DNA of 55,164 nucleotides from assembly GCA_047639615.1 (NCBI GenBank), contig JBLIOL010000001.1:1-55164 (forward strand). The letters are read 5' to 3'. Below are positions 28,583 to 36,696 of this stretch, in pieces. Each line of letters opens with the position of its first letter. The first letter of the stretch is position 1. This DNA is from Planctomycetota bacterium. GTDB taxonomy: Bacteria; Planctomycetota; UBA1135; GCA-002686595. Position numbers and translations under genes: made by a program. The notes beneath the pieces were generated by a model. The model had not been told where the DNA came from. It saw only the letters and a list, made by a program, of their open reading frames with translations, and did no database searches.

Positions 28583-31500
28583 ATGCGCATCGCCCGCCTC
28601 CTAACCCCTTTGACCCTCGGTCTGCTCTGCGCTAGCGCACGGGCGGTGGCAGCGCCTGTTACGCCCCAGGAGTTCCAGGCGGAGGAGGTCTTAGCCTTTC
28701 AGATCTACGACACCCAGGCTGCTCGTGCGATCCAGGAGGAAGCGCTTGAGCACTTCGAGGCGGGCCGCCTGCGCGAAGGCCTGGCACAGCTGCAGCTCCT
28801 GATCGAGAGTCACCGCGGCGCCGTGCTCGCGGCCGAGCACCCGCGCGCCGAGGGCGCGCCGCGCAAGTCCGTGGGCAAGGTGCACGCCGGAGCCAGCTAC
28901 TGGGCCTACAGCCAACTCTTCGATGTGACCGAAGAGGCCGCCGAGCTCTACCGCGAACGCTACGAAGGCCGCGCACAGAAAGCGCTCGAGCACGCCATCG
29001 CCCGCGGCGATGTGGCCGAGCTCGTCTCCCTCTCCACGCGCTGGCCTCTGACACGCGCCGCCGAGCGCGCTTGGTGGGCTATCGGCGACCTGGAGACCGA
29101 ATCCAGTCGCCCCGAAGAAGGACGCGTGGCCTGGAGTCGCGCCGTGGCCTTGGCCCTCGGCAATCCCAAGGCCGCACCGCGCGATGCGGGCGCTTGGATC
29201 GAAGCCCTGGCCTCCATTGAAGCGAGTGCCCCAGGCAGCGCGCGCTTGCCCGGCATCCAAACCCGCATCCGTCTGGTGCTCGAGCAACTGAGCACGATCG
29301 ATGAGGCCCCCAAGCCCGACCCGAGCGACCCGAGCGACACGAGCGCAGTCAGCAAGTGGGCCACGGCCCTAGGCGGCGCCGACGATCTGGGCCGCCCCTT
29401 CTCGGATCAGACCGAGTCATGGCCGCGGGGCTTCGAATTGCCCCTGCACCCTTTCCGCTCGGGGAACTACGCGCTCTATCCCGCACGCAGCGGCGACACG
29501 GTGTTCATCAACACCTCGCGCCAAGTGCTGGCCGTGGAAGCCTTCACCGGAGATGAAATCTGGGGCAGCTCCCCACGCGATCTGGGCTGGGAGACGAGGG
29601 CCTCCGTGAACTCAGAGTTCACCCGCGGCATCGACACCAAGTCCAACCTGCAAGCCCCCGCAGCGACACTCGACACCGTGGTCGCCGCCCTGCAGGTGCC
29701 CTTCCTGTTCATGTCCTCGGACAGCTTCAAGGATCTGGAGATCATCACCCCCATCCCGGAGCGCCGCTTGATGGCGTTCGATGCGAAGACAGGTGATGTG
29801 CTCTGGGCCAACATGCCGCCCGAGGACTGGGATGGCGAGAGCGGCGACTACGCTGCGCGCGTGAACGTGGTGGGCCCGCCGGTGATCATCGGCAATCGCG
29901 TACTGGTGCCGACCGCGCGCATGCGCGGCCGCATCGAATTCCACGTGGGCTGCTTCGACCTCGATACGGGCGCCACGCTCTGGTACACGCCACTGATTAC
30001 CGGTCAGCGCGAGCTCAACATGTTCGGCCGCGAAGAGGTCGAGTTCTGCGCACCGCCGGTGGTGATCGCGGGCGATCGCGTGGTGGTCCAAACCCAGCTG
30101 GGCACGGTGGCCTGCCTGGACCTCTTCACGGGCAACGTGCTCTGGCAGAGCCTCTACCCGCAGCTATCGATCACCGAGCCCAACTACTACCGCTCGGGCA
30201 GCATGGCCAGCGTCTGGCGCAACGCGCCCCCGGCCGTTACCGAACACACGGTGGTATCCACTCCGGTGGACTCGCGCTACCTGATGGGCTTCGACCTGGA
30301 GTCCGGATCGGTGCTCTGGCAGCTGGACTACAGCGGCCTGAGCGACGCCATGAACGCCGGCCGCTCGCGCAATCCTCTGCAATATCTGATCGGCGCCGAC
30401 GAGGAGCACGTAATCCTGGCCGGTCGGCGCGTCGCGAGCTTCCGCACAGCTACCGGCAGCTTGACCAACGCGCCGCCGACCATGCTGCACTGGAGCTGGC
30501 CCGCCGATGAACCCTTGTCTTCCAACCAGCCCCGAGCGGTGATGGACGAGGAGCGCATTTTCGTCCCGCGCGAGTCGACCCTGGTGGCCGTAGATCGCGC
30601 TACCGGACGACTGGAAACTGAGTTCGATTGGGAAGGCCACCGCGGCAACCTGATGCTCTCGGATGGACAGCTCTTCTCCCTCGGCCCGCGCCAGCTGTGG
30701 GGCTTCTTCGAGTGGGACGCCATGCTTACGCGGGCCAAGGCCAAGCTGGCAAAAGCCCCCACCGATGAGCGCACCATGGTGAGCTACGCGCGCCTGCTCA
30801 TGCAGCGCGGTGTCTCCGCCAGACGCAATGGCGGCAGCAATGAATTGCTCGCCTCCCTACGCTCCCTGAGGCAATCGCGCCAGGTGCTGGACACCTTCCT
30901 GGACGGCGCCAAACCCAGCTCCGAGGTTCAGAAGACGATCTACTCGGTGCTGCATGAACAAGCCACCAGCCAGCGCCTAGGCGCCGACGGCCGCGCGGCC
31001 CTGGGCTCCCTCAAGGAGGCGCTCACCCTGGCCACCACCTCGCGTCAACGCCTGGACACTCTGATGGTGACCCAAGCTCTACTTCGCGATCGCGACGAAC
31101 CCCGCCGGCGTTTGGTGCTGACTCAATTGGTGGACGACTTCGCCGCCATCGAGACCGTCTTCCAAATACTCGACCAAGGCTGGGTAGCTGGCGACGGCTC
31201 CTGGAAGGGCCGCCTCGAGCCGGCCGCGGTTTCCTTGGCCCAGGACAAGGACATCCCCATGACCCTGATGCCCATCGGGCTATGGGGTCTGATCGAACGT
31301 GCGGAGAGCCGCGGCATGGATCGTTCGGCTAGCGCCAAGGCCGCAACCTTCGCGGACCTGCACCGCATTCTGGCCGACTACCCGGACGAACCCTTCCGCG
31401 GCGACCTAGCCCTGACCTGGGCCTCCGAGCGCATCGGCGAGCACCTAACGGCGGGCAACGGCCTGGGCTACGAGCGCTTCTCCAAGGAGTCGGAGGAACT

Positions 31501-33217
31501 GCTAGCGGTCGCCACCCGCGATGCCGACCTGGACGCCCTGGCTCAAGTCACCGAGCTCTACCCCCACTCACCCGCGGCCGCGCGCGCCAACGACACGCGC
31601 ATCGAGATCTGCCTCGAGCGCGGCGACACCGCTCTGGTGGCGAGCATCGTGCTCGGCGAGCTAGGCGACGATTGGACCACCGACAAGGCGACCACGCGCC
31701 AGGTGAGCAACCTGGTTCGCCTGGCGGAAGTGGTCGGCGAGAGCGGCAACCTCGAGTTGCGTGCGGGCTTGGCGCAGCGCCTGGCGGAGTACCACGGCCA
31801 ACTGCGCGTGGACTCCCTGACCCTCGGCCAGCGCAGCGTCAAGCAGCTGGCTCAGACCTGGCAGGACGAACGCCACGCGATCGAGCTCAGTCCCCCGCCC
31901 GTGGTCTTCGGGCCCAACCCGCTATACACGGAGAGCCTCAAGGAGGGCTTGGAGTTCCTCGGCCACGTGCGCCCGCGGGATGACTCGCAGCGCACCTTCT
32001 CAATCTTCGTCGGGCGTCGTCAGCACAGCATCAGTCAGCACCTCTACGCCTTCCACAAGGACTCGAGCGAACCGATCTGGTCCGTCCGTAGCCTCGGCGC
32101 GGCCTACACAGGCCCCTATCCCCAACACATCCGGCCCAGCAATGGACTGGTACACGTGGCCGGCGTTGAGCGTCTGGCTACCTTGGATGCCACCGATGGC
32201 CGGGAGCTTTGGCGCTGGTCCTTGGATGGCAGCAGCAATATCAAACACATCCACACCAGTGGCGGCGTGGTCATCGCGGTCATCGAGCGCCCCAGGTCCC
32301 AGAACCGCACGGCTCGCACCATGGTGGCTTTGGATGCTGTTACGGGAGCGGAGCTCTGGCGCCTGGGCGGTATCGATGGATCCTTCAACCAGCGTCCTGT
32401 CGTCGGTGATGGCTACGTGGTGTTGCTGCCGCGCAACCAAGGCTCCGCCGAGACCGTCGACCTCTACACAGGTTGCCGCGTCTCGCGTTTCAACGTAGGG
32501 CGCATCCACACCTTCGACGCGCGCGCGGCCTGGATCGAAGAGGGTCAGTTGATCCTGCCCAGCTTCATCCGCGCACCGCGCCAACAGGAAAACCGCGTCC
32601 AGGGCTTCGAGCTCAGCACCGGCGAAGTCGCCTGGCAAGCAGAGATTCCCGCGGGCTACGAGATCCACCGCGTACTGCACCACGCCGGCAAGACGCTGCT
32701 ACAGCTCAACTCGGAGACCGAGGACGACGAGACGGCGCCCTCCCTCTTCCGCTTGAACGTGCGCCTGGGATCCTTGGATCAGAATCCCTTAGCGGAACTG
32801 TCCGCCGGCGCCGAATTCATCGGACTGGCTCGCTACGACGCCGCCGAATTGCAAAGCCCGGTGCTACTCGCCTTCGTGCGCGGCGCCAGTGGCGGTGATC
32901 GGCTGCAGGCTGTCGACGTGCGTTTCGGCCGGCGCTGGAACGTGCCCTTGCCTGAGGGCTTTCGCGCTACCTACGCCACGGACCTCCCCCATCCGGTCAG
33001 TTCCGAAAGCACCCTAGCCCTAGCCCTCTCGGGCGAGCCCAAGCCGCGCGGCTCCCGCAGCCAAATCGGCGTGCTGTTCTTCGACCGCAAGACCGGCCAG
33101 ACCACCGGCAAGTGGATGATCCCAACCGAATTCGTGCGACTGGGCGATCTCCAGCTGCATGGCCTCCATACGACTCTCCTCGTGAGCGGACTGCACAAGA
33201 CGGAGCTCCTCAAATGA
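28583..33217 (+). CDS. Giant (1544 aa) secreted PQQ-like beta-propeller / helical-repeat protein
   Basis: Signal peptide LLTPLTLGLLCASARAVAAP. Many 'G.V.A.D..TG..LW' repeats (e.g. LMAFDAKTGDVLWAN, VACLDLFTGNVLWQS, LVAVDRATGRLETEF, MVALDAVTGAELWRL). Central helical region. Confidence 0.8.
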   Translation: MRIARLLTPLTLGLLCASARAVAAPVTPQEFQAEEVLAFQIYDTQAARAIQEEALEHFEAGRLREGLAQLQLLIESHRGAVLAAEHPRAEGAPRKSVGKVHAGASYWAYSQLFDVTEEAAELYRERYEGRAQKALEHAIARGDVAELVSLSTRWPLTRAAERAWWAIGDLETESSRPEEGRVAWSRAVALALGNPKAAPRDAGAWIEALASIEASAPGSARLPGIQTRIRLVLEQLSTIDEAPKPDPSDPSDTSAVSKWATALGGADDLGRPFSDQTESWPRGFELPLHPFRSGNYALYPARSGDTVFINTSRQVLAVEAFTGDEIWGSSPRDLGWETRASVNSEFTRGIDTKSNLQAPAATLDTVVAALQVPFLFMSSDSFKDLEIITPIPERRLMAFDAKTGDVLWANMPPEDWDGESGDYAARVNVVGPPVIIGNRVLVPTARMRGRIEFHVGCFDLDTGATLWYTPLITGQRELNMFGREEVEFCAPPVVIAGDRVVVQTQLGTVACLDLFTGNVLWQSLYPQLSITEPNYYRSGSMASVWRNAPPAVTEHTVVSTPVDSRYLMGFDLESGSVLWQLDYSGLSDAMNAGRSRNPLQYLIGADEEHVILAGRRVASFRTATGSLTNAPPTMLHWSWPADEPLSSNQPRAVMDEERIFVPRESTLVAVDRATGRLETEFDWEGHRGNLMLSDGQLFSLGPRQLWGFFEWDAMLTRAKAKLAKAPTDERTMVSYARLLMQRGVSARRNGGSNELLASLRSLRQSRQVLDTFLDGAKPSSEVQKTIYSVLHEQATSQRLGADGRAALGSLKEALTLATTSRQRLDTLMVTQALLRDRDEPRRRLVLTQLVDDFAAIETVFQILDQGWVAGDGSWKGRLEPAAVSLAQDKDIPMTLMPIGLWGLIERAESRGMDRSASAKAATFADLHRILADYPDEPFRGDLALTWASERIGEHLTAGNGLGYERFSKESEELLAVATRDADLDALAQVTELYPHSPAAARANDTRIEICLERGDTALVASIVLGELGDDWTTDKATTRQVSNLVRLAEVVGESGNLELRAGLAQRLAEYHGQLRVDSLTLGQRSVKQLAQTWQDERHAIELSPPPVVFGPNPLYTESLKEGLEFLGHVRPRDDSQRTFSIFVGRRQHSISQHLYAFHKDSSEPIWSVRSLGAAYTGPYPQHIRPSNGLVHVAGVERLATLDATDGRELWRWSLDGSSNIKHIHTSGGVVIAVIERPRSQNRTARTMVALDAVTGAELWRLGGIDGSFNQRPVVGDGYVVLLPRNQGSAETVDLYTGCRVSRFNVGRIHTFDARAAWIEEGQLILPSFIRAPRQQENRVQGFELSTGEVAWQAEIPAGYEIHRVLHHAGKTLLQLNSETEDDETAPSLFRLNVRLGSLDQNPLAELSAGAEFIGLARYDAAELQSPVLLAFVRGASGGDRLQAVDVRFGRRWNVPLPEGFRATYATDLPHPVSSESTLALALSGEPKPRGSRSQIGVLFFDRKTGQTTGKWMIPTEFVRLGDLQLHGLHTTLLVSGLHKTELLK

Positions 33218-34350
33218 TCAAGACCCGAAGCCCTAAATTGGCCGTTAGCCTGGCCCTTGGCGCGCTGCTCTTGTGCGCGCCGCTGCAGGCCCAACGCACA
33301 CCTTCCTTGGATGAGCAACGTCCCCTGGTGGAGATCACCAAGGAACAGGAAGAGGCCGTCAAGCGTGGCCTGCGCTGGCTCGCCGACCACCAACAGGAGA
33401 ACGGATCCTGGTTGGCCGACGTGGGCTACAAGCTCAACGATAACTACCGCTGGACCGCCCAGGACAAGCCCCACGTGGGCGTGACAGCCTTGGCGGGCAT
33501 GGCCTTCCTGGCCGGCGGCCACCTACCGGGCCGTGGCGAGTACGCCAAGACCGTGGATCGCTGCCTGGATTTCGTGCTCTCCTGCGTGAACGACGACGGC
33601 TACATCACCTTCGCCGGCACGCGCATGTACAGCCATGCCTTCGCCACCCTCTTCCTGGCGGAGATCTACGGCATGACCCACCGCGAGGACGTGCGCGAGC
33701 GCCTGCAACGCGCCGTGGACTTCATCGTCAAGAGCCAGAACGACCAAGGCGGCTGGCGCTACGTGCCTTTGGCGCGGGCCTCCGACATGTCCATCGTGGT
33801 CTGCCAAGTATTGGCCCTGCGCGCCGCGCGCAACATCGGCATTCGCGTCTCGAAGACCACCATCGACCGCGCCATCGAGTACGTGGTCGACTCCGCAGTG
33901 ACCGAGGGCAGCCAGCGCAGCATGCGCGGCTATCGCTCGGACACGATCGGCACCTTTCACTACCAGCGGGACGACAAGTCACGCTCCAACTTCGCCCTGA
34001 CCGCAGCGGGCGTCACGGCCTTGCACGGTCTGGGCGTGTACTCCTCGGAGCTGATCGAGGCCGGCGTGCGCTCGCTCCAGCAAGGGGTAGACCGCTTCAA
34101 CCAGACCCGCGGTAACCAGGGGCACTACTTCTTCTGGTACGGCCACTACTACGGTGTGCAAGCCATGTACACCGTCGGCGGGCACCACTGGCAGCGCTAC
34201 TTCACCTCCCTGCGTAGCTTCCTGTTGAAGCTCCAGAAGTCCGATGGATCCTGGCCCAATCGCGAGGGTCCCGGCGTGGCCTTCGGCACAGCCATGGGCT
34301 GCCTAATCCTCGAGATTCCGTACAGCTACCTGCCCATTTTTCAGCGCTAA
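33214..34350 (+). CDS. Secreted prenyltransferase / squalene-cyclase-repeat (alpha/alpha toroid) protein
   Basis: ATGA overlap with the upstream gene. Signal peptide LAVSLALGALLLCAPLQAQ. Repeats QQENGSW, QNDQGGWRY, QKSDGSWPN. Ends ...IPYSYLPIFQR. Confidence 0.75.
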   Translation: MIKTRSPKLAVSLALGALLLCAPLQAQRTPSLDEQRPLVEITKEQEEAVKRGLRWLADHQQENGSWLADVGYKLNDNYRWTAQDKPHVGVTALAGMAFLAGGHLPGRGEYAKTVDRCLDFVLSCVNDDGYITFAGTRMYSHAFATLFLAEIYGMTHREDVRERLQRAVDFIVKSQNDQGGWRYVPLARASDMSIVVCQVLALRAARNIGIRVSKTTIDRAIEYVVDSAVTEGSQRSMRGYRSDTIGTFHYQRDDKSRSNFALTAAGVTALHGLGVYSSELIEAGVRSLQQGVDRFNQTRGNQGHYFFWYGHYYGVQAMYTVGGHHWQRYFTSLRSFLLKLQKSDGSWPNREGPGVAFGTAMGCLILEIPYSYLPIFQR

Positions 34351-36696
34351 ATGTCGTCCCCCTCCACACCCCGCATCGACGCCCTCCTCGGCCGCCTGCG
34401 CGGCGCCCTGCGCCGCCAGGTCTGGTTGCATGGCATGGGTACCGTGATCGCCGCGGGATTTGGCTGGTTACTGTTCACCTTCCTGGCGGACCGCTTCCTG
34501 CACGTGCCCGCGCCCGTGCGCATGGTGCACTCAGCCCTCACGATCGGCCTGCCCGTGTTCTTCCTGTGGCGCGAATTTGCGCGCCCCATGGGTCACATCC
34601 CCGATCGCCGTGGCTTGGCAGTGCTTGCCGGCCGCGCCGCACCCGAAGCGCGCGACCTGATCGTCAGCGCTGTGCAGTTGGCACCCAAGCAAGGCCAGCG
34701 CGCCGGCAGCGGCTCGGATGAACTGGTCGAACGCGTAGTGAACGAGGCCGAGCAGGCGGCACAGGCGGTGGATTTGGGTAGCGTACTAGCTCCCAAGGGC
34801 CCGCGCCGGCGTGCCTGGCTCGGCGCCTGCGCCGTGGTCACCTGCGGCCTAGCCCTCGGCGCCCAGCCCGCCATGACGCGCATTTTCATTGCGCGCGCGC
34901 TCGGCTCCAACATGTCTTGGCCTCGGCGCACGAACCTCACGGTGGAGATCCCCCTGGCCGGTGATCGCGCCCAGGTAGAGGTGCGAGGCGACGAAATTTT
35001 CGTGCGCGTCGCGCGCGGTAGCGACGTACCCGTGCTCGTTCGCGCCGAAGGTGTGGTGCCCTCCGAAGTGGTGCTGCGTTTCAGCGATGGCTACGAGAGC
35101 GTGCTCTCCTCGGGCGGCTCGACCAAGTTCCACGACTCCCTGCGCGCGGTGCAAGAAAACCTCTCCTTCACCGTCATCGGCGGAGATGACACGGACGGTG
35201 TGCCCATCGTGCACCTGCAGGTCTTGCAGCCGCCGGAGGTCATCGACCTGGCCTTCGACATCACGCCCCCGGCCTACACCGGCTTGCCCCATGAAGTGGT
35301 CTTCCGTACGGAAGCGGTGGTGCTCGAAGGATCCAACGTGCGCGTACACGTGCGACCCGATCCCGCGGACAGCCACGGCGAGGCCCTGCTCTTCCCCGCG
35401 GACGAGCGCCTACCCATGGTGGCCATGCCATTCCCCATAAACCCGGACACCGCCCAGGAGTTCGGCTCTACGGACGAGCTCGAAGCGGCCGGTCTATCCT
35501 TCGAGTTGGTGGCCACCAACTCCCTGCGCTTCAGCCTCGATCTGTTGGACGAGGGCGGCTTGCCCAATCCCGATCCGGGTCTGTTTAGCATTCAGGTCAA
35601 TCCCGATCGCAAACCCGAGCTAACCCTGATTGCCCCCGCCCGGGCCGAAATGGATGTGGTCCTCGGTGGCACCGTCCCCCTGTGGCTGCGACTGGGCGAC
35701 GACTTCGGCCTGGCCAACGCCAGTTGGGATGTGCGCTCCCCGCAGGATCCCGAAAGCCAGATAAATGGCGGCGAGCTCGCGCTCCAAGACATGCCCGCAG
35801 CAGCACCCGGCCAAGGCAACCAGCGCCTGCGTGACGAGCGCATGGCCGGCACCCTGCTGGAGGTGTCGGAGCTCGACCCCGAAACGCCCCTGACCGAAGG
35901 CCGCGTGCTGATCCTGCAGGCCGGGGCCATGGACAAGCGCGAGCCCATTGCCAACACAGCCCATTCCGCACCCGTGCGACTGCGGGTTGTCAGCGGCGAC
36001 GAGTTCCAACGCCGGCTCAAGGAAAACCTTGCCCGCGCCGGGGAGCGCGCCACTGCGCTTACCAAGCTGGCCGACGACCTGGTCAAGCAGCTGGACGCAC
36101 TTACCCAGTCCTACGACGAAACGGATACAGCAGACACTGAAGCGACCGAGAGCGACTTCGGCGACGCGGAGCAGCTGGGCTACAGCGCGCGCCGCCTAGG
36201 CGGCGACACCCACGTGCTCGCACGAGACCTTGCCAGCCTGACTGAAGGCCTGATCTACAGCCGCCTCGACCCGCGCAGTGGTGCGCTCCTGCAGGCCCTG
36301 GTGGATCCCTCCCGGCATTCTGCAGAGCGCGTATTCCAGCCGAGTTCCTGGCTGGCGATCACCGACGACTACGCCGAAGGCCGTCTGGGCCAAGCAGACC
36401 TAGCCGGCGACCTAGTGTCCCTGGTAGGCCTCTCTCTGGTGGTCTCCGAGCGCCACGTGCCCCAGGTGACTGAGGCTCTCTTGGAAGCTAGTACCAGTGG
36501 CACCCAGCCGGAAGAGCGGCAAGCGGCCGCCAAAGCCCTCGTCGCCGCCCGCCTGGCGCAAGCCGACCTCGAGGCCTTGCTGACCAACCTTGGCGAGTGG
36601 GACAACTTCCAGTCGGTGCTCAACCTGGTCCGCGACATTCTCAACCGCCAGACCAACTTGAACCAACGCTCACGTTCGTACGCAGAGGATAACTAA
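34351..36696 (+). CDS. Two-TM membrane protein with large extracytoplasmic domain (function unknown)
   Basis: Starts immediately after the previous stop (TAA-ATG). N-terminal hydrophobic pair (GTVIAAGFGWLLFTFLADRF / SALTIGLPVFFLW). Long ORF with good GC3. Confidence 0.7.
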   Translation: MSSPSTPRIDALLGRLRGALRRQVWLHGMGTVIAAGFGWLLFTFLADRFLHVPAPVRMVHSALTIGLPVFFLWREFARPMGHIPDRRGLAVLAGRAAPEARDLIVSAVQLAPKQGQRAGSGSDELVERVVNEAEQAAQAVDLGSVLAPKGPRRRAWLGACAVVTCGLALGAQPAMTRIFIARALGSNMSWPRRTNLTVEIPLAGDRAQVEVRGDEIFVRVARGSDVPVLVRAEGVVPSEVVLRFSDGYESVLSSGGSTKFHDSLRAVQENLSFTVIGGDDTDGVPIVHLQVLQPPEVIDLAFDITPPAYTGLPHEVVFRTEAVVLEGSNVRVHVRPDPADSHGEALLFPADERLPMVAMPFPINPDTAQEFGSTDELEAAGLSFELVATNSLRFSLDLLDEGGLPNPDPGLFSIQVNPDRKPELTLIAPARAEMDVVLGGTVPLWLRLGDDFGLANASWDVRSPQDPESQINGGELALQDMPAAAPGQGNQRLRDERMAGTLLEVSELDPETPLTEGRVLILQAGAMDKREPIANTAHSAPVRLRVVSGDEFQRRLKENLARAGERATALTKLADDLVKQLDALTQSYDETDTADTEATESDFGDAEQLGYSARRLGGDTHVLARDLASLTEGLIYSRLDPRSGALLQALVDPSRHSAERVFQPSSWLAITDDYAEGRLGQADLAGDLVSLVGLSLVVSERHVPQVTEALLEASTSGTQPEERQAAAKALVAARLAQADLEALLTNLGEWDNFQSVLNLVRDILNRQTNLNQRSRSYAEDN

